From NCBI GenBank assembly GCA_016748015.1, contig JAAOMT010000503.1:732305-796304 (forward strand): a stretch of 64,000 bases of DNA, given 5' to 3'. The translations under genes were made by a program, and so were the position numbers. Shown piece by piece: positions 14,711 to 27,800 of this stretch. How positions within the stretch are numbered: position 1 is the first letter of the stretch; each line of letters begins with the position of its first letter. The notes under the pieces are model-generated. The model saw nothing but the letters and a program-made list of their open reading frames with translations. It did not search any database and had not been told where the DNA came from. The DNA comes from Geosiphon pyriformis uo1. Taxonomy: Eukaryota; Fungi; Glomeromycota.

Positions 14711-17700
14711 CCATTGGAAGAATTCCAGAAAAAAACTACCCAGATTTATACTTACTTATACAAAGACTGCCTTCTTCCATGCCAAAAGTCAGCATTGAGA
14801 AAGTGTTAATATAAAAAAGACTTAGAGAAGAAAAAGAGATTTGAGAATCAGTAGTACTAAAATCAATTAACAAATCATCAAAACTCATCTGATGGCCCCA
14901 AGTCACAATCCACTTTCATGTGTCATATATTCAAACTCCAAGAAAAACAAGCCAATTAGTGAGAATTAGAATCAGAACTTAATTCCAATTCAAACTTTAC
15001 TGATAATGATAATGACAATTCAAACTTTGCCGACAATGACAACAACAATTCAAACTCTGTTTCAAATACCGAACAATATATCACACTTCTAAATCTTACA
15101 ATGAAGCAGGAATTAACTCAATTCAGTAATCATAATGAGGACATTATGGCTGAACATGCACATAATATGAATGTAGGATTTGAAATTAGATATCTTGGAC
15201 AGACCCTTATAGTTTAAAAACACCATTCACATATTAAAATAGATTTAAAAATAGCAATAGAAATTATGGCAACAACATAGAGACAAGAGAGAAATTTAGA
15301 AGATTTTGCAAAAGCTCAATTCTAAAAGAGAGAAATAATATTACCCAAGTAGAAAAACCAAAAAGCTATGGAAAAACATGACAAAAAAACATGACAAGAA
15401 AAACACAGTACAATTCAAGATAACACAAGACAAACACAAGCAATAGCTAGTAATAATAAGCAATAGCTAACAATAATGAGCAATAGCTAGCAATAACAAG
15501 CAATAACTAGCAATAACAAGTAATAGCTAGCAATAATAAGCAATAGTTAGCAATAACAAACAATAGCTAGCAATAGTGAAGCAATTGAAAGCAATTCTGT
15601 AAAACCAAAAGAATGTATAAAAACAAATAGCTGTAGAAGTTAAAATGACATCCAGAGAAAAAATTAGACTTTCAAAAGTCAATTAGACTTTCAAAAGTCA
15701 ATTAGACTTTCAGAGTTAATTAGATTCACAGGCTATTATTATTAAATACTTCTCCTTTCAAAGATAGTTGCTATCAACCAAAATAAAATTATATTAATAA
15801 AATATCTCTTTAATTCTTTAAATCCATGTTATTATCCACTACTTAATCTGCTGGCACAATAGTTCTTGATCATGGCTATTAATAGGACACTTATTTCTTA
15901 TTTTATTTTCTTTATTTCTTTATTTTTTTTTTATTTTTTTTATTTTTTTTTATTTTTTTTATTTTTCTTTTGTGGAGCAGCAACATAGGAAAATTAACTG
16001 TCTGGAAATAGACTTCGTAATAGTCTGGTAAAAGAAGGAAGCTCCCCTTAGGTTTTTAAATATTAATGTTATCTTGATAGCTTACCAGAAGAGCAAAAAG
16101 ACAATGCTGGACCCTAATGACTGCACTTGTTAATTCAGAAAAGAAAGCTTACTATTATAAGAAGTTGCAATCAGCGAAAACCAAAACTCTGTGCCTTATA
16201 ACCAAAGAACTCAATGAGTAAATTTACAACCAATAGTTAAGATCTTCAAAGACTAATAATCAAAACTAAGCCAACAGAATTACACAAAAAATGCATTACC
16301 AATTATTGAAAGCACCAAATATTATCATTTCCATCCCCCACCAAGTTTACCCATAACAATGACATCAAAGGAAGAGAAAAAAGAGAATCAAGAATTTAAT
16401 TATCAAAATCCGATCACAGAAAATCCAGAAGTTGAAATCCCAAACATTCAGATCCAGCAAACTCAAAATAATCCAAATCCTGAAGCAATTAATCAGCAAA
16501 ACTTATCTCCAGTAATTATCATCAATCAGCCACCAATTGAACTGATTTAATAGCAGCCACTTTAGCAACCTATTTAACAACCACTTCAACTACCTCCACA
16601 ACCACAGTAGTCTCTTTAACAGCCACAACAACAACTTTAACCAATATACCAACAACTGATCAGACCAATGGCTTACACTTCAATTGCAAAACTTGAAAAA
16701 TTCACTGGCAAAGAGGACGATACCCAAGTGTTGTTAAATAATGTGGAAAAAGCCATCATAGCCAATAGATAAGATGACACCAGAGCCATGCAAGCCATTT
16801 TTTATTTCCTTTAGAATACTGCCAATTTATGGTATCAAAGCTTAGCAAACAAATCTCAAGATTTTAATACATTTAAGCTTGCATTCCTATAATACTTCAG
16901 CAATAATAATAGTATTAATTGTCTAGCAAATACCTTCACCACTATCAAACAGGGAGATACTAAAGCAGTCACCACTTACTTGGGACGTTTCCATCAAAAT
17001 CTGTGCCAAATACAAGTCATCAACACCAATTATTTTACTGTAGTCCAGATCCTGAATCAGTTTATTTGTGGATTACATAGTAGCATCTTGCAATGCGTAT
17101 GACCACTACATCTAGCCAACTTACAAGACACAGTTATACACACCAGAAATTTTGAATCAGCTGAATTAGAAACTAATCATGCCCAAGCTGTAAATCTAAT
17201 AATAAATGAATCATCTAACTTGGATTCCAAACTAAAGCAATTCAATAATTCGATCAATCAGAAAATCAAAAGATACTTAGCTGACAATCATGCAATTTAT
17301 TAACTACCACAATGACACAATAATTCAGGAAACATGAATTGTTTTCACAATCAGTCGCATCCATTATTATTATTCAATCAGCCATGACAACCAAAAACAC
17401 ATGTCTGTCACCACTATAATAAACAAAACTATATTCGAGCCAACTGCCATTTTTATAATAACACATGATTGGGAAATCAATACTGAAACTCCAATTGCAG
17501 CATTTAAACTCCATATTATTATACAAATCAAAACCAATATTAACCTACTTACTTGCCAATGACACAGCAGTCAATATATTAATTACTCATATATCAACTT
17601 CCTGTTTATCAACTGCAGCCACCAGTGATATATTAACTATTACAGCCACAGATAATTTATCAAACACCCACAGTTCAAACACCACCATCAAACTCAGCTC

Positions 17701-19662
17701 AGATGACATCAAGAAACCCTAGATTAAAAGTCACTTAAAATTGGAGATCAGCAATAGTTGTTCACCAACCAATTCCCAGCTTCTCCCACCAACCAACAGG
17801 ATTACATTCTCAGAATTCGGAAACTGGGCACACCCAAAATCCGAATTCCCAACACTATTTAAGTCTCTTGGTTTCCTCAGAAAACACTCAATCCAACAAT
17901 CCAGAAACCAACCAACAATCAACACTTATTAGCAACATTTTACCAGCTACCATTACTGAGAATAAATTACTGAATGCCATCTTTCCATTTGAACTCAAGG
18001 AATTGGCAGCCACACTGTTATTTAGTAGAGCTGCTCTCGAAGAAAAACTTATTACTGCTATATACACAGATATCAAAGTTGATGACTACCTTATCAAACT
18101 GATTCTAGACAGTGGATCAGCTGACAGCATTATTACAAGACAACTTATGGACCAATTAGGTTGCCAAGTTGATTGAGCTGTCAGCATATGAATTATTACT
18201 ACTAATAGAGTAACCAAAACTTTTATTGACAAGATTGATGATTTTCTCTTTGAAGTAAACAGTATTATTACCCCAATCAAAGTTTTAGTGATAGAAGCTA
18301 TGCAGTACTAGACATTAGTTGGTAATGACTGGTTAGTCAAAACCAATGCCATGCTCGACTGGAACACACAGAAACTACAGCTTAACCAGAATGGCCGACA
18401 CATGTGAGTACCTGCCATATATGGTCATTTTAAGACTACCAACTCACTAGCATTATTTATTAAGTTCAAAGAAGAAGAAAAGAAACCTACTTGAGAAGTC
18501 TATCAAGTGTTATGGGCTGAAAGAGACCACAACAAGTTACCACCAATACCCTTCTGAGATGACAATGGAAAAAAAAACAAAAGGAAGAACTTACCTGGAA
18601 TGCCGATCAAACCTAAGAAACCAACAACAACCAGGAAGAGCTAATAAATTAGGAGTGAGAAAAAAATACAAAAAGAAAAAGAAAGAAAAAAGAAGAAGAA
18701 CCAATATCAACTACCACTGCCACTTACAACTCATACACATATAATCTACCACAACTATCTAACTATTATCACCCAAAACTGGTATGTGTCAATTGTGGCA
18801 AAAAATTGTTGTCAATAAGCGCATGCTGCGGCAATGATGAGAAATACCAGACAGCAACTAAGTTCTATTGCTGTTTATGCCTTATTAACTGCTTTGGAAA
18901 ACCAAAACGAGTTGGAAAATAGGATAATAAGCCATGCTTGGCTTGTGGAGAAACTTTTCTCAATGAAGGAATGTGAAATGACATTCTTGGGAGAGAAGAA
19001 ACATGTAACAAATTATTTTAGTATATGATTCTAATAAGTAATTGGATAAAAAAAGGGACACCCATAAATGCTGCTTAAAGACAAGCAGTCAAATGTCTGG
19101 ACAGCTGTCCACACAATAATGACAAAATATGGTGAATGACACTTGCCAAAATCAAAAGAGTGTTACCAAAAAAAATAAGAACAATTAAAAATAACCCACC
19201 TAAATCCATAGAACTTGACTGGGATCCAGAACCAGTCATAAATCTCTTGGATCCAGAACAGTTCCACAAACACTACTAAGAATTAGCATCCACAAGAGAA
19301 GAGCAAGAGCAATGCTTAAAGCAGCTGAACACCCAACTGTGTTAATATTGCCTAATTCCATGTGACTTCTAATATTGTAATGAGTGTGATCTTATTTACA
19401 ATTCACTACTACACATGATCTACACAATCCCAGAAAAGGAAGAACCAATCAGCAGTTGTGCATCAAAATTGGAATCAACTTTCAATTTTGATTCAAACTC
19501 TGACAATGATAACAATGAAAACAACAGTTCCAGCTTTGCTCAACATAGCAACAAAAATTACGATAATTTAAACTCTGATTCAAACCCCGAAACATACATC
19601 ACACTTTCTAATCTTACTAAGAAACAGGAACTTAAAGGTTCAGCAATAATAATAAAGGTATT

Positions 19663-21888
19663 ATGCCAGAACGTGCACATGATACTGATGCAGGGTTTGA
19701 TCTGAGATATCTGAAAAAAGATCTCATCAAATTGGAACCCCATTTGCATATCTGCATTGATCTTAAAATAGCACTAGAAATTTCAGCAACAACAATGGTT
19801 CAGTTAGCATCTAGGAGTAGCTTAACCAAAAGAAGAATCAACATTAGGAGAGGAATAATTAATGTAAGATACATAGGAAATATTATTGCTATGCTACAAA
19901 ATGACTCAGAAAAAACATATATTATAGATCTAAATGAAAAAATAGTACAGGCAATATTCCTGCCTCTAATTAAAATAGCTCAATTAGTATCAGTGAGAAA
20001 CAGAGAAAAATTAGGGATAACAGCAAGAAGAATACAAGAATTCGAATCCACAGGTAGAATAGATGTACCAGTTAATATGACAAAGAAAGAAATTGTTGAC
20101 AAGGAAGAAATTATCTCCATCTGTCAATTAATTTTCATTCCACCATATGACCAGTACATGGTAACTATAGAGAGAAAAATAAAGAATCAGGTTCAGATTT
20201 TTGAGACAGAAGCAACACTTTGTGAATTAAGAGAGATTGGATTAGTCAATCTACACATATCAGCTAAGAACCACAGTTACATCAAAATTTCCATTTACAA
20301 CAACACAGAAAACGTCATCAAGATACCAGAAAGAACCACCATTGGATATTTAATCACAAAAATTGAAGAACAACTACCAAATTCTATTCTAGACTTTTCA
20401 CAACTGTGTGAATATGTAAATATCACATCACAAACAATATATGGACAAGAAAAATATTATCTGCTCCAACCAGAACAATTGGAACAGCTGAATTTGGGAA
20501 ACTTAAATTCATTTCAACAAATGCAACTCAAGATATTACTTAACAATTTCAATGACATCTTTGCCAGTAAAAATAAATTTGGCAGAACTAATATAATTCA
20601 GTACCAGATTAAAACTGGAGATGTAATGCCAATAAAACAAAAAGCATATAGAATACTATCAGCCAGCCATAAGATTATTCATCAAAAAATCAACCAAATG
20701 CTTGACAACAGACTAATTCAGTTATCAATAAGCCCATGGTCATCACCAGTGGTACTAGTCCAGAAGAAGAATGGAAAGATCTGTTTTTGTGTGGATTATC
20801 GAAAATTAAATGGGGTATCTAAAGGTAATAGCTATTCAACTTCAAAGATCTAAGAACTGTTCAATGCTTTTAGAGGAAAGAAATGGTTCTCAACTTTAGA
20901 CTTAGACAGTAATTACTGGCAAGTAGCCATAAAGACAGAAGATAAAGAAAAAACAGCTTTTACAACATGGGAAAGAAATTTTGAATTCAAAGTTATGCCA
21001 TTTGGCTTGATAAATGTGTCAACAATATTCCAATAACTCATGAAAATTGTTTATACTGGACTACTGTAGAAATTTGTAGTTGTTTACTTAGACAACACAA
21101 ATGTGTTTTCCAAAACATTTGATGACCATCTATATCATCTTCAACAAGTATTTGAAAGATTGAAAAAAGCAGAATTGAAGTTAAATGCAAACAAATGTTT
21201 TTTTGAAAAAACAGAACTCAAATTCTTAGGACATGTGGTGAGCAAAGATGGCATCAAAACAGATCTGGATAAGATTACAATAGTAAAAAACTTTCTAGTA
21301 CCAACTAATTTGACAAAACTAAGAGCATTTTTAGGATTCACAGACTATTATCAATATTTTATCAAGGACTTTTCTAAACTGGCTCAACTATTTCATTATC
21401 TACAAACCAAGAATATAAAGTACAAATAGACAGAAGCTCAACAAGAAGTGTTTAACACACTGAGAAGAAAACTTATTCAAGCTCTAGTACTGATCTATTC
21501 AGATTACAGTAAACCATTCATTATTACTACAGATGCATTAGGCCAAGCATTGGAAGCAGTACTATCACAGAGAAAACCAGATGGAAGAAAACATCTAGTA
21601 GTATATACCAGCAGAAGCTTAAGTCCAGCTGAAAAAAACTATAAAACACCAGTATTGGAACACTTAGCAATCTATTGGGCAGTCATGAAATGGAAAGAAT
21701 ACTTGAGCCAAAAGTTTGAAGTATATATAGATTACAAAGAATTGACTTCAATCCAGAAGCAAAAATTTGGAGATGATCACCATGCCAGATGGAAAATAGA
21801 ACTTTCACCATTTAATTATACAGTACATTACAAAAAAGGAAAAAAAAATAGAAATGCCGATGGATTGTCACAAATAAAACAAATCTAA
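19663..21888 (+). pseudogene. dUTPase-RT-RNase H region of A3
   Basis: ORFs 19663-20853, 21103-21429 and 21448-21888 share a frame and are separated by premature stops. Confidence 0.9.
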
Positions 21889-21921
21889 AAAAACATTTCA
21901 ACCAAAAAATATAATAAAAAG

Positions 21922-23987
21922 ATGAACATACAAAAATATCAACAACTTCAATATTATATAAATACTTAATTGTTCAAGGAGAAATTATTTTAAAAAAAAC
22001 AAAACAACATAAAACAGCAATTAAAATAATTTATCAACCATCAAAATATACTTTACCAGAAGAACAAAAGAAATTCAGATCAACCAACCAAAGTGATTAC
22101 AGAACCAGAAAAAGAGACAGTATTATTTAACATGCACTCAGATCCAACAGCAGAACATTTTCACAAAGAAGCAATCATGGAAAGAATTAGAAAAAGATAC
22201 TATTGGCCATTAATGTATCCAGATATCATTCAATATGTTCAAAATTGTGATGCTTGTCAAAGAAGAAGTGGAACAAAACCCAGTGAATCATTAAAACCAA
22301 TTAAAGTGAGACAACTATTTGACCATATTAAAATTAACTTAGTCGGACCATTAACTATTACCAGCAGAGGCAACAGATATATTGCAATAGCCATGAATTA
22401 TCTCACAAAATGACCAGAAGCAAAAGCCATTCAAAGAACAAATGCAGAATTCATTGCTGAATTTGTTCATCAAAATTTGATCTATTGACATGGATGTTCA
22501 AAAGAACTATTATCAGATCAAGGAACTCATTTTGTGAATAAAACATTAGAAAAATTAAGTCAAAGATTTGGAATTAAAAAACTATTGTCATCATCATACC
22601 ATCCACAAACCAATGGATTAGTTAAAAGATTCAATAGAATATTGTGTAAAGCAATTGCCAAAATCAGCCAAGAAAATCAAGATGAATAAGATTTGTTTAT
22701 ACCATCAGTATTATTTACTTATTGGACAATGAAGCAAGATACTACACAAACAACACTATTTGAATTAGTATATGATAGAACAGCAATACTACCAGTAGAG
22801 ATAAAAGTACGAACATATCCAACAGAACCAATAACAGAAGAGAATTTCCAAAGAACATTGTTGAGAAGAACATATGACTTAATAGAAACACTAGAAAACA
22901 AAAGGCGAAGAACAGCTGATAACATACAAAAGTCACAAGAAAAACAAAAAGAAAGACATGATAACCAACTATCAAAGAAACTAGTTGAATTCAAGATTGG
23001 AGACAAAGTACTTTTACATCATACTAAAGTGGAAAAACAATGGAATGGAAAATTTGACTTTAAATGGAACAGACCATTTCACATAGAAGAAATTCTTGGA
23101 AATAGAGCTTATAAATTAAGGTTGAACAACAAAATCTTAACCAAAGCAGCACATGATGATCAACTGAAACAATATCACCATATGGCATTATCATCCATCA
23201 GTAAGATTCTACAATTAAGAGTACAGAGAATACTAATCAAACCAGATGAAATTTCATAAGATCTAAAACCAATTATAATCATTGAACCAAATATGTAAAA
23301 TTGAACAACCAAGGAGTATATAAAAGACATGATATATGTGACAAAAGACAACAAAAAATAGAGATTACTGACAATATTCACTCGCTAACACAACAATTCT
23401 TTCAACTGATCCAACAACAGAAAATAGAAATTACAATTAACCAACAAACTATCAAATACACAAACACCAGAAAAGAAACACAAAATAAAATATAGAGAAA
23501 AACAGAAAATACTGTTAACAAAATAATCACAAAAGTAAAATTGATAATAGAAACACAAACAAAAGTAATCTAATATTAAGAAATGATTATAGAAACTTGA
23601 AATTAGTGGATACAACAATTTCCAAAAAACTTTTTTTATTTTTATTTGGGACAACATTTGAACATTCAGGGCTTGTACACAGATAAAACAAAATTATTAT
23701 TTGACACAACAATACTGCAACAACTAGAACAATTTGTGAAGAAGAACAATTTAACCACATGAGCAAGAGCCATTTACTGGCTACACACAAGATTTCAAGA
23801 TTGGCCAGAAATCTTACTCAATCCAGAAATGGACTCTATTACCATCAACCAAATAAAAAAAATAACAAATACATAATTTGAAAACTTACAAAACAAGATA
23901 GCACAAGTAATTTTTGAAAAAGAAGTTCAAAAAATATTCAAAGACAGAAAATTAGAATTAAGAGATCTCAATAAAGCTTAATATTAA
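21922..23987 (+). pseudogene. Integrase plus in-frame C-terminal unknown domain of A3
   Basis: ATG at 21922 (MNIQKYQQL). HSDPTAEHF...CDAC, LSDQGTHF and NGLV-RFNR motifs. Confidence 0.88.
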
Positions 23988-24829
23988 AAAAAAGGAATAA
24001 TATTACTCATCAAATATAAGAAGTATATATTAGCATAAATTAGCCAATCAGAAGTAACTGTAGTAAAATGTGAAATTTCAGGATTCTTTTCAGAGAAATT
24101 GCAAGATTCCAGAAATTTCAGAATTCTTGTACAAGAAATCACAGGATTCCAGAATTTCAGAATTCTTTTCAAAAAAATTACAGGATTCCAAGAATTCAGA
24201 ATTCCTGGTGTAAAGAATTGAAGAATTGAGGAATCTTAATTATGTATATATAACAGTAGTATTAAAAACAGAAAAGGCAGAATTCTATAGTTAAAGACCT
24301 TATAGTTTAGATTTAATCTAAACAACCTTCCATATTATAAATATCAATAAATAATTATTCAAATATCTCCAATTTACTCTCCACTATTAACACTTGATGT
24401 TGATAACAATTGATACTTAACCACACTAGAACAATAGCTCTTGATCACAGCTATTGATGGGATACTAACATTTATTGCCTTGGCTTATTTTTATTTTATT
24501 TTCTTTATTTTCTTTTATTTTGTTATTTTTTTTGTTTTATTAAATTAATTAAGGATTAAGTGCTAAATTATTGTGGGTAGAACACGTAAAGAATACAGAT
24601 TACTTACCAAAAAAGTGCCAGCCATCAAGCTAAAGAAAAAAATTGACAGAATTGCAATTCTGGGAAGCTATGGATAAAACAACTATTGAATTTTTGTCTA
24701 TTATACAAAAAATTCAACCAAAACCTTTAGATAACAATATTTTCAGATTACCATTACTGCAAATAGCTTCTGAGCACCAAGTTATGGGTTTGTTATTTGA
24801 TTTGAGACCCCAAATAATTACTTATAACA

Positions 24830-27800
24830 ATGTATATATCTATAGCAGTTTAGTTATCTGAATACACAACCACAACACAGAAAAAGGACATGTATTCTAA
24901 AAAAAAAGTAATGGCTTGCAATTTAGTTAGTATTGAAGACAACAATTTATGAATTCTAACTTCAATTTTCAAATTTATTTCAAAAAAATAAGCAATAGTC
25001 TTACATATAATAGCAACAGAACCCAAATTTTTCAAAAACTTATTGGTATATACATTAATTAAATTTGACTAGATTTTATGTAAGCATTTTTTTAAAGTTA
25101 AAAACTTATTCATTAATAAAACATTATTATTTGCTAATTCAAAAATTACATTAGGAAATGCTAACACAAAATCAGAATTATATAAAAATTTTAATATTAG
25201 TACAAACTAAAAAGGCACAGACCTCTTAGAATTCAGTTTTTTTTAGTAATAAAAAGTTTTTTAATTTATAATTCTATTTTGTTTATTCAAAAGTCTATTA
25301 CAAAAACCATATCAAATTTTTTTAATGAACCAATCTTATTGAAATACATTAAAGTTGCCAAGATAATTAATATAGAAAACTTGTCAAAACTGAAAAACAC
25401 ACAAGACAAATTATTTTTTAATAATAAATTATTGTTCAAAAAAATACACATTACTCCAGCCAAAAAATTGTTAGAGAGACTAACTTGTAACTTAACCAAA
25501 TGCTATAAAAAATTCAAAAAAGCCTAGTCCAAAATCTGTAAATTTAAAAATCTGTACTTAAAAAACTAATTAAAAATATCAACAACATTTAAAAAAGCAA
25601 TAATTTAAATAATCTTAATTTTAGTCTGAATTTGTTTGAATGTCTTTAAATTATATAAAAAAAATAGTATAATGTCTTATTAAAAACAAGTTAGCTTTCA
25701 ATTTGAGACTCTTTTTAATCATAATATTCTAATAGTAATATGTTTCAGAAGAAACAAAACTGAACTGTAATTAATATTTGATTATAGATTATAAAATAGC
25801 CAAAACCAAATAGAAGAATTGCTTATCTATAATAGTTTTTTTCAACACTATATTCGAAAAAAACCTGATATTAAAGTAAGTTTTGACCAAACTGGACTTA
25901 AACAGATTATTTGTTAATAAAAAAATCTTCAAATATTTGTATAATACACTATTTTTGACAATTAAAATTGGCAATTTACTAATTCTCAAAGAAGCATTTT
26001 TAATTTTTTAATTAATAAGAATAAATATTGTTTTATCATTGTTAATTAAGATATTATTAAATAAAAAAAATTTACTAGCAATATTTAAAATATATTATGT
26101 AGATATATAATTACTTCCTATCTAACTCATATTATTAACAAAAACATTAGCTGTAAAAAAGAATGTTTTGTCTAAACTGGCTTTTACTTTTTCTAATTTG
26201 GCAACAAACTTGGTATTGATATAATAGCCACACAAATGCTTATGTCTCTTAACTTTACATAAAAGAAAATCATAAAATATCTTCTAAAAAAGTGGCAAAA
26301 AAACTTTACTTTGGTCTAAACTATTATGTATTTTGTATTCATTTGAAAGCCCAAAATCAATTATCATCTTATTAATTCTGTTTTTATGTATATTACCAAA
26401 AAACAATAAATTTCTTGCACATTTTTATTTGTTTTAAACTCTATTGCAAATGAATTCAGCCAACAGAATTATAGACTTTATATATATTTTACAATACTAG
26501 TCATATCTTTCTGTTTTTTTTCAAAACATTCTTGATAACAAAGCCTATCACAAAAATAGAATTATGAGTAAACATGTCTTTAAGTATTAAAAAATTGGTT
26601 TCATAAAATACATCAAACTTGGTATAAACAGAAAAGATACAGTCTGATAATATTTTTGAAAAAATTTTTTTTGTTGTCTTAATTAAAGCAATAGATTTCG
26701 CATTTGTTAATACTTTTTTCTAATTATAAGGTTTTAAAATTATAGAATTTTAAGTTCTTTTTCAAGACATAAAAACAAATCCTAAAACCAAGTAACTATT
26801 TAATAAAATTAAGAAGCACTTTAAAATATCATTATCACTATGCTTTTAAAGTTTGTTTAAAATACCAGAAAGCCTAGCTGTTTTGTTATTAAAAAAATAA
26901 TTAACCATATTTTTTAACTTTTTAAGACCAATTTTTTTTTATTATACTAGAAAACACATTATTATCTACATAAGCCAAAGATGTATACTAATAAGACCAA
27001 AAACCAAAAACAACTTCTAGTACTAGATGTTTTCTTGTTTAATCTTTTATGATATTGTTTACTTTACTTTTTACTTTATTTGGTTCTAGCATCAGTTCAT
27101 TATCAATTATCAAATAATCTAACACTATTTTTTGAAATGACTGTTTTAAAACATTTCTAATTATGTAGTCTTTGTTTATACAAAAATTTTTCATTTTTTT
27201 ATTAATAGTTTTCTTTATAATTAATGCTTTAACAGTTTCTAATTTTCAAAACTTTGACATATAATATTCTTTTTTAGTCTTAAGCAAATGACCAAAAACT
27301 TCTTTAAATTTTATCTTATATTTAATTAATAATTGAATATTAGATGCTTTATTGTTGTCAACTATAGACCAAATTTTCATAAATCAGACAAATTCAAAAA
27401 TATTTTCAGAAACAAAAGTCTTAACAATCTTAGAAACCAATAATTCCAGCTTAAAAAACTTATTTTTTAAAACATCAAATTTATTGTATTAATATTTAGA
27501 AAAAATCTTTTTCACTAAATTCACCATAATTTTTTGCAAACATTTCCATATCTTATTTAAGACATCCTAATCTTTTGCAATCTAAAATCTTGTCAAATCA
27601 AATTTAAGCTTGATAATAAATATCTCTAAAATATGTTCACTTTAACTCATTTGTATTTTTTATTTCGAACTTTTAATAATCATAATTGGCTTGTTTATAT
27701 ATAGCATTTAAATAAACATTTAAAAAATTATTTATGCCAAAAAAAACTAACATGGCCTGGTAATTAGTATTAAAATACTCAGATACATCAGAAATTTTAT

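Larger units (their letters stand above)
12949..16358 (+). mobile_element. Non-autonomous LTR element, family D (LTRs 12949-13920 and 15339-16358, ~1.4 kb internal region)
   Basis: Two ~1-kb direct repeats TGTTACC...ATAACA. PBS TGGTGCTCCCTGTGAGG at 13923, PPT before 15339. Internal region holds only tandem repeats, a Cys-rich/dUTPase N-terminal remnant and the last codons of the 3' ORF. Confidence 0.9.
12427..24829 (+). mobile_element. Gypsy family A copy A3 (5' end upstream of window): gag, PR, Cys-rich domain, dUTPase, RT, RNase H, separate integrase, unknown domain, 3' LTR 24001-24829; interrupted by element D
   Basis: Colinear with 44200-53239. Motifs LILDSGSA, DAGFDL, RT, TDA..RNase H, HHCC and DDE integrase. 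PPT before TATTACTCAT at 24001. Confidence 0.92.
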
